From assembly GCA_016722635.1 (NCBI GenBank), contig JADKIX010000011.1:319760-383759 (forward strand): a stretch of 64,000 nucleotides of DNA, written 5' to 3'. Each line of letters opens with the position of its first letter. The first letter of the stretch is position 1. The stretch is from Rhodospirillaceae bacterium. GTDB lineage: Bacteria; Pseudomonadota; Alphaproteobacteria; JAEUKQ01. The notes beneath the pieces are model-generated. The model had not been told where the DNA came from. It made no database searches and saw only the letters and a list, made by a program, of their open reading frames with translations. A program made the translations under genes and the position numbers. Below, piece after piece: positions 9,904-20,882 of this stretch.

Positions 9904-12438
9904 ATGTCTCGATATAATTTCAAGGAAATTGAATATAAATGGCAACAACGATGGGAAAGTAAGGGAACTTACCATTGCAACCCAGATACTTCCCAGCCAA
10001 AATACTATGTTCTTGGCATGTTCCCATACCCTTCCGGGCGGATCCATATGGGCCATGTCCGCAATTATATGATTACCGATGTCATTGCCCGTTATAAAAG
10101 GGCCTGTGGCTATAATGTGTTACATCCTATGGGTTGGGACGCCTTTGGCTTGCCAGCGGAAAATGCCGCTATCCAACATAACATTCACCCAGCCCGTTGG
10201 ACTTATGAAAATATTGCCTTAATGAAGGAACAATTGAAATCGCTAGGATTTTCGTTCGATTGGTCCCGGGAATTAGTTACTTGCCATCCTGACTATTATC
10301 GGCATGAACAAAAAATGTTTTTGGATTTGTGGAAAAAAGGGCTGGTTTACCGGAAGCAATCGGTCGTTAATTGGGATCCCACCGACCAAACTGTTTTGGC
10401 GAATGAGCAGGTGATTGATGGCCGCGGCTGGCGTTCAGGAGCGTTAGTTGAAAAACGGTATTTGTGGCAATGGTTCTTTAAAATCACCCATTATACCCAA
10501 GAACTTTTGGAAGGCCTGGATACTTTAACCGAATGGCCGGAAAAAGTTCGCACGATGCAGCAAAACTGGATCGGTTTATCGCATGGGGCGCTGGTGCAGT
10601 TTGCCCTGCGGCGGCGCCTGGACGTGATTAATGTTTTTACCACCCGTCCTGATACTTTATTTGGAGCTGCCTTTTGTGCTATCTCCGCGAATCACCCGCT
10701 AGCGCTTGAGTTGGCTAAAAGCAGTCGTAAGATTGCCACATTTTTGGAAGAATGCGGACAATCTGCTGTGAATGAAGCAACATTAGAAAAAATGCCGAAA
10801 AAAGGCGTCGATACAGGTTTGAAGGCTATTCATCCGTTGGATCCCCGCATTGAATTACCGGTTTTCATTGCCAATTTTGTCTATATGGACTACGGCACCG
10901 GCGCCATTTTTGGCTGCCCGGCACATGACCAGCGGGATTTGGAGTTTGCCAGGCAATATCAATTACCAGTAAAACCCGTTGTTACCCCTGCCTCCTATCA
11001 AGCAAACGATTTTCAAATTCAAGATATTGCTTATACAGAAGATGGGATTTTGCAGCATTCCGATTTCCTGAATGGGTTGACGGTGGCAGATGCCCAAAAA
11101 AAGGTGATTGAAAAACTAACCCAAATTGGCAAGGGAAAATCCCTTGATGCTTTCCGGCTGCGTGATTGGGGGGTATCGCGCCAACGGTATTGGGGCTGCC
11201 CTATCCCGGTTATCCATTGCCCTGATTGCGGGGCAGTGCCTATGGCTTTAGAAGATTTGCCTTTGGTGTTGCCGGAAGATGTCAGTTTTGATCAACCTGG
11301 CAATCCGCTTGATCATCATCCTACTTGGAAATATGTGGATTGCCCCCGTTGCGGGAAGTCCGCGCAACGGGAAACCGATACCTTGGATACTTTTGTTGAG
11401 TCTTCGTGGTATTTTGCCCGCTTCTGTTCACCGCAATCCTCCGCTTCTTTTCAAGCCGCCGATGCCCGTTACTGGTTGCCGGTCGATCAATATGTGGGTG
11501 GCGTTGAACATGCGGTATTGCATTTATTATATGCGCGTTTTTTCACTCGGGCGTTGCGTGATTGCGGCTACTTAACGTTAGATGAGCCTTTCAAAGGCTT
11601 ATTTACCCAAGGGATGGTCGTTCACGAAACCTACCGCCATCAGCAGGGCCATTGGCTTTTCCCCCATGAGGTAGAAAAAAAGCCTGCTGGCCAATATGTA
11701 TGCTCAGCAGATCAAACGCCGGTTACGGTGGGTCGGTCTGAAAAAATGAGCAAATCAAAAAAGAATGTGATCGATCCAACCCAAATCATCGAGATGTATG
11801 GGGCAGATACTGCCCGTTGGTTCGTGTTATCCGATAGTCCTCCTGACCGTGATTTTGAATGGACTAATGCTGGTGCCGAAGGAGCTTGGCGTTTTATTCA
11901 GAAAATATGGCGGTTATTATCTTTATTACATAACCCATCCCCGTCGGCAGAGTCGTTGCCATTATTCCGCCGGACAATCCATAAAACGATTGCTGGCGTT
12001 ACGGCTGATATTGAGGCTTTCCGATTTAACCGAGCTATCGCCCGCCTGTATGAATTGGTAAATGCCTTCAGTGACAATATCACTAAAAGCGATTTGCAAG
12101 AAGGGTTAGAGACATTGGCACAACTGATCCAACCTTTTATGCCCCATTTAGCTGAAGAGCTATGGCAGCAACTAGGCCACCGTCAATCCATCATGCAGCA
12201 ACCCTGGCCAAAAGCCGATGAAGCCCTTATCCAGGAAGAGACCCACGTGATTGCCATTCAGATCAATGGTAAGATGCGGGATACTGTCACAGTACCCAAA
12301 GAGGTATCAGAACAAGTATTGAAGGAAAAAGCCCTTCTGCAACCCGCCATACAAAAATTTCTTGCTAATCGGCCGATCAAAAAAATAATTGTTGTGCCGA
12401 ACCGCTTAATTAACATCATGGTAGATGACACCAAATGA
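9904..12438 (+). CDS. leuS: leucine--tRNA ligase; start taken at MSRYNF, and the ORF is open from 9835
   Basis: HMGHVRNY (HIGH) and KMSKS motifs, editing domain, full length. Confidence 0.92.
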   Translation: MSRYNFKEIEYKWQQRWESKGTYHCNPDTSQPKYYVLGMFPYPSGRIHMGHVRNYMITDVIARYKRACGYNVLHPMGWDAFGLPAENAAIQHNIHPARWTYENIALMKEQLKSLGFSFDWSRELVTCHPDYYRHEQKMFLDLWKKGLVYRKQSVVNWDPTDQTVLANEQVIDGRGWRSGALVEKRYLWQWFFKITHYTQELLEGLDTLTEWPEKVRTMQQNWIGLSHGALVQFALRRRLDVINVFTTRPDTLFGAAFCAISANHPLALELAKSSRKIATFLEECGQSAVNEATLEKMPKKGVDTGLKAIHPLDPRIELPVFIANFVYMDYGTGAIFGCPAHDQRDLEFARQYQLPVKPVVTPASYQANDFQIQDIAYTEDGILQHSDFLNGLTVADAQKKVIEKLTQIGKGKSLDAFRLRDWGVSRQRYWGCPIPVIHCPDCGAVPMALEDLPLVLPEDVSFDQPGNPLDHHPTWKYVDCPRCGKSAQRETDTLDTFVESSWYFARFCSPQSSASFQAADARYWLPVDQYVGGVEHAVLHLLYARFFTRALRDCGYLTLDEPFKGLFTQGMVVHETYRHQQGHWLFPHEVEKKPAGQYVCSADQTPVTVGRSEKMSKSKKNVIDPTQIIEMYGADTARWFVLSDSPPDRDFEWTNAGAEGAWRFIQKIWRLLSLLHNPSPSAESLPLFRRTIHKTIAGVTADIEAFRFNRAIARLYELVNAFSDNITKSDLQEGLETLAQLIQPFMPHLAEELWQQLGHRQSIMQQPWPKADEALIQEETHVIAIQINGKMRDTVTVPKEVSEQVLKEKALLQPAIQKFLANRPIKKIIVVPNRLINIMVDDTK

Positions 12439-12953
12439 AGATAGCCCGCCTGCCGCCGTCACGGTTGATCTGTTTCTTGGTTATATCTTTTTTGCTTTCT
12501 TCCTGCGGTTTTCGTCCGCTTTACGCCCCTGCTTTGAGCACCAACAATACGGGCCTTTCCCTATATAATATTGTGGCTATCCAAGGGCTAAAGAATCGCT
12601 TGGGACAAGCGGTGTATACGGAATTATCCAATCAGTTATTATTGGTACCAGCCCCCTCCGACAAACATTATATTTTATCCCTTATATTAAAAGAAACTGA
12701 ATCAGACTTGGTCTTGGATAGGGGGGGGGTGATTATTCGCAAGACATACAAGATAACCGCCGCCTATCAATTGCAGCTCCAAGGCAGCGATCCTATCTTG
12801 CTCAAGGGAGTGGCCCAGTCAGACACCCATTTTAATTATGTCCTTTCCGGTTATGCAGCTTATGTTGCCAAGGAAGAGGCTCAATTGCGCTTAGCGAAAG
12901 AACTTGCCTATCAGATCCATCAACGCGTCAGCATTTTCCTAACTTCCCGCTGA
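12435..12953 (+). CDS. lptE: LPS-assembly lipoprotein LptE
   Basis: lipobox LSSCGF; conserved leuS-lptE-holA operon order; ATGA overlap with leuS. Confidence 0.75.
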   Translation: MKIARLPPSRLICFLVISFLLSSCGFRPLYAPALSTNNTGLSLYNIVAIQGLKNRLGQAVYTELSNQLLLVPAPSDKHYILSLILKETESDLVLDRGGVIIRKTYKITAAYQLQLQGSDPILLKGVAQSDTHFNYVLSGYAAYVAKEEAQLRLAKELAYQIHQRVSIFLTSR

Positions 12954-12956
12954 TTT

Positions 12957-14009
12957 ATGAAGATTTCGCCGCAAAAGTTTGAAAGCCTCTTATCATCCTC
13001 TCAATCACCTTCCCCTTTTTTTGGTTTTGGAACGATCCTTATTTTCGGCCCAGATCACGGCTCGATCAGGAATTATAGTGAACGTTGTATCAAAAAACTG
13101 TTAGGCACTCCTCCTGATCCTTTTCGCTTCAATAGTTTCTTTTGGAATAACGCGCAAGAAACGGGTTTATTAATTGCCGATTGTTTAAACGAGTTTCCTT
13201 TATCCGGTGGCCACCGGGTTGTGCAGGTACGGCAAGTTACGGACAGCTTTTTAGCGCCCTTAAAAGACATTTTAACCCATGGCACCCATCAAAGCTTCCT
13301 GTTATTGGAAGGAGATGATTTGCCTGCCAAATCTACCCTGCGCAAATTTATGGAAGCGCACGGACAAGCAGGGTTATTAGGGTGTTATCCCTTAGATGAG
13401 AAGGAACAAGCGTATTTCATTGAACGCACCTTGACAGCCCATGGCATGAGAGCCGATAGGGACGGGTTGTTGCTATTGCAGCGTTATTTGCCAGCTCATA
13501 AACTGGCTATTGAAAATGAAATTACCAAATTGGCGCTCTATCTTAGCCCTCAACCTACAACATCTTCCTCCAACCTACTGACGGTTGATATCATTTCACT
13601 ATGTTTAGGGGATCAAGGTGAGATATCGCTTCATGATTTGGTTTATAGTTTTGCCGGACAGAAACTAGATGATTTTTCAACTCATTACCCGCGATGTTTG
13701 GCGGAAGGGGAAACTCCGATTTCGATCATCCGGGCAGTTTTGCGGCATCTGCAACAATTTTGGCGCGCCCGGGTGATTATGGATGGGCAACAGCTTTCCC
13801 TTGATCAAGCAGTGATACAATTAAAACCCCCTATATTTTATAAATATCAAGCCGCTTTTTGCCGTCAATTTTCTTTATGGCCGCTTGAGCGCTTAATGGC
13901 TACTTTTCTAGAATTAACTAATTTGGAAATTCGCTGTAAGCAGCCCCATGCACCCGCCTCGGAAATAACTTTTCACCAATTGCTACAAATCATGCAAATA
14001 AATAGTTAA
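12957..14009 (+). CDS. holA: DNA polymerase III subunit delta
   Basis: about 340 aa, position after lptE, delta-subunit N-terminal similarity. Confidence 0.7.
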   Translation: MKISPQKFESLLSSSQSPSPFFGFGTILIFGPDHGSIRNYSERCIKKLLGTPPDPFRFNSFFWNNAQETGLLIADCLNEFPLSGGHRVVQVRQVTDSFLAPLKDILTHGTHQSFLLLEGDDLPAKSTLRKFMEAHGQAGLLGCYPLDEKEQAYFIERTLTAHGMRADRDGLLLLQRYLPAHKLAIENEITKLALYLSPQPTTSSSNLLTVDIISLCLGDQGEISLHDLVYSFAGQKLDDFSTHYPRCLAEGETPISIIRAVLRHLQQFWRARVIMDGQQLSLDQAVIQLKPPIFYKYQAAFCRQFSLWPLERLMATFLELTNLEIRCKQPHAPASEITFHQLLQIMQINS

Positions 14010-14052
14010 ACGCCTACCGCTGGTTTTTGATGCGCCTGGAATGATAAATAAT

Positions 14053-14068
14053 CGTTTCACGTGAAACA
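14053..14068. promoter_or_regulatory. parS: parS centromere-like site, 15/16 match to TGTTTCACGTGAAACA
   Basis: cGTTTCACGTGAAACA palindrome in the holA-parB convergent intergenic region. Confidence 0.7.
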
Positions 14069-14310
14069 AAGAACCTTATATAAGAGTCAAGCAGCTACTG
14101 TTCCGGATTCCCGTTACAAAACAGCGCCAGGAAAAATGTTTAGTTGCCAATTTTCCAGTTGGACGGATTAGCCCTCTATTTTCTTATCACTGCTCTAGGG
14201 AAGACCTAAGGCAATTTCAAGGAAAGTGACTGGTTTTAAAAAATTAAAAAATCCTGCCTATGATCCTGGTGTCAAAAGGCTATCGCCATTCCTTTTAGGT
14301 AGGTGGCAGG

Positions 14311-15177
14311 TTATTTTTTTTGTGCCTGCAACCGATGGAGGATGGCTTCTAATTCCTGCAAGGTTTTATACCGCAATGTCAGCATACCGCCGTTCCCATG
14401 CAGGGTAATGCGTGCTTTTGCCCCAAGCAAGGTTGATAAATCTTTTTCCAAGGCAATAATTTCTGATTGACGGTTTTGCCAACGATTAGCTGCAATGTTT
14501 TTTAAAGCTTTATGGTTTTTGCGGCTTAATTCCTCTGTCTCCCGCACGCTTAAATCTTCCGCAATCACCTGTCTTGCTAAACGCACCGGATCCTTGGCAT
14601 TAAGTAGCGCGCGGGCGTGACCCGCGGATAAATCGCCGCGCGTCAGTAATTCTTTAATTTCCGCGGGTAAATCCAGCAATCGCATCAGGTTGGCAATATG
14701 ACTGCGGCTTTTCCCAACCATTTCTGCAATTTCTTCCTGTTTTTTGCCGAATTCATGGAGCAAGCGGTGATAGGCTTCCGCTTCTTCCAATGGCAGTAAA
14801 TCCTGGCGTTGCAAATTTTCAACCAGAGCAATCTGCAGAACTTCCTGGTCATTCATTTCCTTGATAACAACCGGTACTTCTTTTAAGGCAGCAATTTTTG
14901 CTGCCCGCCACCGGCGCTCACCCGCAATAATTTCATACTGTCCCGCAAGATTGGGGTGCTTCCTGACCAATAAAGGTTGCAAAATCCCATCCTGCCGGAT
15001 GGATCCAGCCAATTCATTCAATTGTTCCGGCAGGAATGTCCGCCTTGGCTGTAAGGTGCTGGGTTGTAGCACATCATGGGCCAGTAGCAGGAATGAAGGG
15101 GATGATGTTTCTTCGCCTTCCACCATATTGCCAAATAAAGCCGCTAACCCGCGCCCTAAATTTCGTTTTTCAACCAT
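14311..15177 (-). CDS. parB: chromosome partitioning protein ParB
   Basis: GERRWRAA ParB box and HTH, N-terminal RGLAAL. Confidence 0.92.
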   Translation of the reverse strand: MVEKRNLGRGLAALFGNMVEGEETSSPSFLLLAHDVLQPSTLQPRRTFLPEQLNELAGSIRQDGILQPLLVRKHPNLAGQYEIIAGERRWRAAKIAALKEVPVVIKEMNDQEVLQIALVENLQRQDLLPLEEAEAYHRLLHEFGKKQEEIAEMVGKSRSHIANLMRLLDLPAEIKELLTRGDLSAGHARALLNAKDPVRLARQVIAEDLSVRETEELSRKNHKALKNIAANRWQNRQSEIIALEKDLSTLLGAKARITLHGNGGMLTLRYKTLQELEAILHRLQAQKK

Positions 15178-15195
15178 GATTTTATACCCCAGAAA

Positions 15196-15978
15196 TTAAA
15201 TAACCAGTTTTTCACGGCGCACCATTTCGGCTGCTAATTGGATGTAAGCTTGGGCCCCAACGCTTTGATGATCATATAATAATACCGGTTTTCCGTGGGA
15301 AGGGGCTTCCGATATTTTCACGTTACGCGGGATAACCGTTTCATATACCTTATCCCCGAAATATTGGCGCGCATCCCCCGCCACTTGATTACATAAATTA
15401 TTGCGCCGATCATACATGGTCAAGACAATGCCTTGGATCTCAAGCCCCGCATTCAATCCCGCCCGTACCCGTTCAATGGTTTTAATCAGCAAGCTAAGGC
15501 CCTCCAAAGCATAAAACTCACATTGTAAAGGCACCAAAACTTGAGCGGCGGCGACAAACGCGTTTAGGGTTAATAAGTTTAAAGAAGGCGGGCAATCAAT
15601 GAAAATAATATCAAAAAGCTTCTTGTCTATTTTTTGCAAAGCCATTTGTAATTTATGTTCACGTTTTGGCATTTCCACCAATTCAATTTCCGCCCCCGCT
15701 AATTTGATCGAGGCTGGAATGATAAAAAGGTCAGGAACCTGGGTGGTTTGGATCAGCGGGGTTGGGTCCTTATCCGCAATCAGCATGTCATAAGTGGACA
15801 ATTGGCGTTTGGTTTGATCAATCGCCAAACCGGTGCTGGCATTCCCCTGGGGATCCAAATCAACCACCAAAATCTTTAACCCATAAGCGGCTAAGGCGGT
15901 TGCCAGATTCACGGCAGTAGTGGTTTTACCAACCCCCCCTTTTTGATTAGCAATCGCAATAATTCTTGGTTTATTCAT
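15196..15978 (-). CDS. parA: chromosome partitioning ATPase ParA/Soj; start at MNKPRII, ORF open to 16017
   Basis: deviant Walker A KGGVGKTT. Confidence 0.92.
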   Translation of the reverse strand: MNKPRIIAIANQKGGVGKTTTAVNLATALAAYGLKILVVDLDPQGNASTGLAIDQTKRQLSTYDMLIADKDPTPLIQTTQVPDLFIIPASIKLAGAEIELVEMPKREHKLQMALQKIDKKLFDIIFIDCPPSLNLLTLNAFVAAAQVLVPLQCEFYALEGLSLLIKTIERVRAGLNAGLEIQGIVLTMYDRRNNLCNQVAGDARQYFGDKVYETVIPRNVKISEAPSHGKPVLLYDHQSVGAQAYIQLAAEMVRREKLVI

Positions 15979-16092
15979 CAGACTGCCTTTACATTCTAGG
16001 GATATTTTGCCAACCACGGCAATGGCTGGCTTACTTTACTTGCTTTGCCTATTTTAGAATTTTTTGAGCCCATCACTGCCTCGGTTTTGGTG

Positions 16093-16728
16093 TTAGGCGA
16101 TTCGCGTTATTTTTTCAATGATTAAAATCTTAGCTTGCAAATCTGTTAAACTAGAGTGGGCTTGATACGAAAAATTCCAGTGCTTTTGCGCCTGTTGGAT
16201 TTCTTCTTTCCATAATTTCCCTTTTAAGAAAACAGCCTTGGCCTGGTCATGCCATTGATGGCGGCAAAGGTTAAATAATTGATCCAATTTTGCCAGCGCC
16301 CTGGATGTTACTATATCAATTTTCAGGAATTCAACTGTTTCCACCCGTTGATTAAGTACGGTTATTTTTTTTGATGCAATAGCTGCAGTTCCAAACAGCT
16401 GATAGGCAACTTCCTCCAAAAAAATCGCTTTGCGCTGGTCTGACTCAACTAAAACAACTTCTGGGACACCCATGATGGCTAAAACTATTCCCGGCAAACC
16501 GGCGCCCGATCCCATATCGATTATCTTTTGGGGAAGCACTGGTAATAAGGTCAGGATTTGGCCGCTATCTAAAATATGACGTTCCCAAATATCCCCAACC
16601 GTTTCCTCCGCAATCAAATTCAACCTTTTTTGCCATTGGCCGAGAAGGGTCACATATAATTGCAGGCGCTGAAATGTTTCACGTGAAACATGTAAAAGGG
16701 CTGCACATTCTTCTGCGGTTTTTGTCAT
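16093..16728 (-). CDS. rsmG: 16S rRNA (guanine527-N7)-methyltransferase RsmG (GidB)
   Basis: SAM motif DMGSGAGLPG; synteny with mnmG and parA. Confidence 0.9.
   Translation of the reverse strand: MTKTAEECAALLHVSRETFQRLQLYVTLLGQWQKRLNLIAEETVGDIWERHILDSGQILTLLPVLPQKIIDMGSGAGLPGIVLAIMGVPEVVLVESDQRKAIFLEEVAYQLFGTAAIASKKITVLNQRVETVEFLKIDIVTSRALAKLDQLFNLCRHQWHDQAKAVFLKGKLWKEEIQQAQKHWNFSYQAHSSLTDLQAKILIIEKITRIA
16675..16690. promoter_or_regulatory. parS: parS centromere-like site, perfect 16/16 TGTTTCACGTGAAACA, inside the rsmG 5' coding region
   Basis: exact palindromic consensus ParB-binding site. Confidence 0.8.
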
Positions 16729-16748
16729 GGGTCCAAGCTTATGATCAA

Positions 16749-18615
16749 TTATGCCGTTTGCTGAACGGGCTTTTTATAGGCATATTTCAATAAAATCGTT
16801 AAAGCAGCTGGGGTGATGCCCGGAATACGGGAGGCGGCCCCAACACTATACGGCTTGGCTTGATTAAGCTTTTTTTGCAGCTCGGCCGACAAACCAGGAA
16901 TACCTGAAAAATCCAATAATGGTGGCAAAAAAAGTTCTTCATCTTGACGGAATAACCGGATATCGGTTTCATGCCTTTTCATATAACCAGAATATTTGGC
17001 TTCAATTTCCAATTGCTCTACAATAGCGTTCGGAACCCCCACTAGATTTGGAAAAATTTTGCATAATTGCTGCCAATCTACTAGTGATGCAGCCAACACA
17101 TCCAACACCGATCGTTTAACCCCGTCCGCATTGACGCCCACACCCAAGCGTTGCCATTCTGTCGGGGTGGCCGACATTTTTTCAAGTGTTTGCTGCGTGG
17201 TTTGTAATTGTTCCATTTTGGTTATGTAATGCTGCTGACGAAGCGCACCCACACACCCTATTTTGATCCCACGCCCAGTTAAACGGCGATCGGCATTATC
17301 ACTGCGCAAATGTAGGCGATATTCTGCCCGTGAGGTAAACATGCGGTAGGGTTCATTTGTTCCCAAAGTAACCAGATCATCGATCATAACCCCGATATAG
17401 GATTCACTGCGGTCAAAAAATCTCGGGTGCCTTTCCACTGGCCTTATAAGCGGCATTCAATCCTGCTACAATCCCTTGCGCTGCAGCCTCTTCATACCCC
17501 GTAGTTCCGTTGATTTGGCCTGCCAAAAACAGGCGGGGCATTTTTTTTGCCTCAAGCCAAGGATATAATTCCTTTGGGTCTACAAAATCATATTCAATGG
17601 CATATCCTGGCCTGATCACTTTCGCATTGGCTAAACCCGGGATGGTTTTCAAAAGTGCTAGCTGCACATCTTCCGGCAGGGACGTGGAAATGCCGTTGGG
17701 ATAAACGGTATCGTCATCCAAACCTTCCGGTTCTAAAAATATCTGGTGCCGGGAACGGTCTGCAAAACGCACGACCTTGTCTTCAATAGAGGGGCAGTAA
17801 CGCGGCCCAATGCCTTCAATTTGGCCAGAATACATGGGGGAGCGATGCAAATTGGTCCGAATAATCGCATGAGTCGCCTCATTCGTGGCGGTTAAATAAC
17901 AAGGGATTTGTGGGGTTGTAATAGCCGTGGTTAGATAGGAAAAAGCCGGGATGGGAAAATCGCCGGGCTGCTTCTCCAAGCCTGACCAATCAATGGTCCG
18001 CCCATCTAGTCTGGGAGGAGTGCCTGTTTTCAAGCGCCGCAATTGAAACCCGATTCGCTCGAGTGAATTTGAAAGCCCTAAAGACGGTTTTTCTCCTACC
18101 CGGCCAGCTGGAACCTTTTTCTCGCCAATATGGATAAGGCCGCGTAAAAACGTACCGGTGGTAATCACCACAGCGCCCGCATAAAGGTTCTTTCCCTCAG
18201 CTGTCTGCACGCCGATGATTTCGTGGCTCTTCTCATCAACCAAAAGATTTTCAACGGATGCCTGGTAAATCTCCAGGTTTACCTGTTCCGCCAAGGCCGC
18301 TTGCATGGCAGCCCGGTATAATTTACGGTCGGCTTGCGCCCGCAACCCTCGCACCGCATGCCCTTTACTGGCGTTTAACATACGGAATTGGATACCTGCT
18401 TTGTCAGCTACCCGTCCCATCAACCCATCTAGCGCATCAATTTCCCTGACCAAATGTCCCTTGCCCAATCCACCAATGGCTGGGTTGCAGGACATCTCCC
18501 CAATCGTTGCCTGTTGGTGGGTCACCAGCAATGTCTTGGCCCCTAAACGAGCCGCCGCCGCCGCCGCTTCACAGCCAGCATGGCCACCCCCAATGACGAT
18601 CACATCTACTTTCAT
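16749..18615 (-). pseudogene. mnmG: tRNA uridine-5-carboxymethylaminomethyl synthesis enzyme MnmG (GidA), split by a +1 frameshift in the A6 run 17415-17420 (may be a sequencing artefact)
   Basis: ORF 17413-18615 is the N-terminal 400 aa ([13 protein letters not shown] motif) and ORF 16749-17456 is the C-terminal 235 aa (YRMFTSRAEYRL); deleting one A joins ...KAPEIF to DRSESYIGV... Confidence 0.85.
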
Positions 18616-18674
18616 CTTATAAACCCTACCGTTCTGAAAATTATTCGCCTTATATTAGATACGGATGAATTTGC

Positions 18675-20063
18675 CTATTTGCCAATGCAAAATTCCCTGA
18701 AAATAACGTCCAACATCTCTTCGATATGGACCCGCCCGGTGATTTCACCCAAGGCCCTTATGGCCAAGCGAAGATCTTCGGCCATTAATTCTATAGATAC
18801 GGTCATATCAGCTTGTGCTAAGCTCAGCAAGCATTTTTCCAATGCTTGGCGGTGGCGGTGGCGGGTAATCAGGGGGGCAGAGCCAATTGCTGTTCCCACC
18901 ATTTCCCCTATTTTCTGTTTCAAGAACTCCATAAAATCCGCTAAGCCCGCACCAGTTTGCAAACTGATAAAAAAGGTATTTGGTGCGGGTGATGCTGCCA
19001 TAGGAACAGAAGGGGATAGATCAATTTTATTGACCAAAAAAATTGTCTCCGAAGTCACTAATTCCCGAATATCATCGGGTATTTTCGGCCAGTCTTGTGC
19101 CGAAACCATCAGTAGCTGGATATCACTTGCCAACGCGTGCTGCCGTGCCCGCCTGACACCTTCCTCTTCAATGCTATCCGTGGTTGGCCGCAACCCCGCC
19201 GTATCGGCAATCGTGACCGGTACCCCCCCGATATTCAAGGTTGTTTCCACAATATCGCGGGTCGTGCCAGCAATAGGGGAGACGATGGCAACATCTCGCC
19301 TTGAAAGCCAGTTAATCAAGCTTGATTTGCCAGCATTTGGTGGCCCTACGATGGTCAGCATCAATCCTTGCCTGATCCGTTGGCCGCGATTGCCGTCTGC
19401 CAGGTGGTTTTTAATCTGGGTTTGCAAATCAGCCAATTTTTGCTTGACCATGTGGTTTAATTCAGCCGGTAATTCTTCATCAGGAAAATCAATATAAGCT
19501 TCGAGATAAGCCGCCAAATGCACTAAAGCATGCCGCCAAATTTCGTATAATTTTCCCAGTTCCCCTTGATATTGGCGCAAGGCTTGGCGACGCTGAGCTT
19601 CCGTTTCTGCCGCAATTAAATCAGCCAATCCTTCAACGGCCGTCAAGTCCAACTTTCCGTGTTGAAAAGCCCGTTTGGTGAATTCGCCAGCTTCCGCAAG
19701 ACGGGTTTCAGGAAACTGCTGTAATTCCTTAATCAATATTTCAACAATGGCGCGGCTGCCATGCACCTGCAATTCTGCCATATCTTCCCCAGTAAAACTG
19801 GCAGGGTTGGGAAACCACAAAACCAACGCTTCATCTAAGATTTTAGCTTGCTGCCCTGCCAGGTTATCGCTGGAGCTGCTGTTGATATATAGTAAATTTC
19901 GCTGAGCCCGCCGAGGCAAAGGCAGTTTTTTTTGGGTGATTTGGGTTAGGATATCGGCAGTTTTTGGGCCAGAAATACGAATAATGGCAATCGCTGCGGG
20001 CAATGACCCGGTCGATAAAGCAAAAATAGTTTCCGTTAGATTGGGATCAGCAGGAAGGGACAA
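18675..20063 (-). CDS. mnmE: tRNA modification GTPase MnmE (TrmE)
   Basis: G-domain GPPNAGKSSL...TTRD, C-terminal CxGK. Confidence 0.92.
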   Translation of the reverse strand: MSLPADPNLTETIFALSTGSLPAAIAIIRISGPKTADILTQITQKKLPLPRRAQRNLLYINSSSSDNLAGQQAKILDEALVLWFPNPASFTGEDMAELQVHGSRAIVEILIKELQQFPETRLAEAGEFTKRAFQHGKLDLTAVEGLADLIAAETEAQRRQALRQYQGELGKLYEIWRHALVHLAAYLEAYIDFPDEELPAELNHMVKQKLADLQTQIKNHLADGNRGQRIRQGLMLTIVGPPNAGKSSLINWLSRRDVAIVSPIAGTTRDIVETTLNIGGVPVTIADTAGLRPTTDSIEEEGVRRARQHALASDIQLLMVSAQDWPKIPDDIRELVTSETIFLVNKIDLSPSVPMAASPAPNTFFISLQTGAGLADFMEFLKQKIGEMVGTAIGSAPLITRHRHRQALEKCLLSLAQADMTVSIELMAEDLRLAIRALGEITGRVHIEEMLDVIFREFCIGK

Positions 20064-20421
20064 GGGGAGCTTTATCCGTTGGTTTTAACATCAATCGATC
20101 GACAATCTTCCCTTGCAGAAGGTGGTTTTGGACGATTTCCTCAGCTTCTGCAACCGTTTGGCAATGATACCAAATGCCTTCGGGATAAATCACCACCACC
20201 GGACCTAATTCACACCGGTCCAAACACCCCGCGCTGTTAATACGCGTATCATCAAGCCCCAATTCTTTGGCACGCGCCTTCATATAATTCCGCAGTTTTT
20301 CAGAACCCTTAACCTTACATGAGCCGCGCGCATGATCGGCAGGACGTTCATTGGTGCAAAAAAACACATGATTGCGATAATAAAGCGGAACGGGAGAATT
20401 TACTTTGGGATGAGTGGTCAT
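20047..20421 (-). CDS. thioredoxin-like [2Fe-2S] ferredoxin
   Basis: four Cys in the FFC...GSC...GCLDRCELGP arrangement typical of thioredoxin-like 2Fe-2S ferredoxins; 17-nt overlap with mnmE. Confidence 0.65.
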   Translation of the reverse strand: MTTHPKVNSPVPLYYRNHVFFCTNERPADHARGSCKVKGSEKLRNYMKARAKELGLDDTRINSAGCLDRCELGPVVVIYPEGIWYHCQTVAEAEEIVQNHLLQGKIVDRLMLKPTDKAPLVPSC

Positions 20422-20669
20422 TTTTTACTGTCTTTTTTCTGAAAACTGCTACTAAAATCGGCGAATTTCTTTTGCCATTCCTGCCAATTTTCGGACATTC
20501 CGCCCATCCAGCTTTTCAGCAATTTTTCAGGACTTGATTCGCTGATGGCTGATAAAAGTTTTTCCTGGATTTCTTTTAAAAGCTCCTGTTGCATAGCACT
20601 CACATCCGGCAATCCGACCAGCCGCCTGATTTCCTCAGGTGGGCATTCAACCTCAATATGAAATTTCAT
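20418..20669 (-). CDS. small conserved hypothetical protein (83 aa, acidic/Trp-rich), coupled to the ferredoxin by an ATGA overlap
   Basis: ORF with 4-nt overlap to the downstream gene; no recognised domain. Confidence 0.4.
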   Translation of the reverse strand: MKFHIEVECPPEEIRRLVGLPDVSAMQQELLKEIQEKLLSAISESSPEKLLKSWMGGMSENWQEWQKKFADFSSSFQKKDSKK

Positions 20670-20882
20670 GTGGCTATTTCCCTTACTGCAAAGGTTATTT
20701 TAGGGGGCTTCATTGGGATGGTACAACTTTTTGGCTTGCCGTCAAATCTTTCGATCAAAGTCTGATGATTCTGTGGGTTTAAGCGAAGAATAATGCGTGC
20801 CAGAAACATAAGCTTGCAAAGACAGCGCGCTTATATTTTGTACAAAGCCCACAAGGATATAACTGCTAGCGTAACCCTATCG

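Noticed and set aside
18580-19497. 305-aa ORF on the plus strand, and many other 60-130 aa antisense ORFs (for example 31307-32505 inside hslU, 52243-53593 inside typA, 20920-21321 inside rho)
   Set aside because: They fully overlap strongly conserved genes on the opposite strand and have low-complexity, Ser/Arg/Pro-rich composition typical of antisense frames; no independent support.
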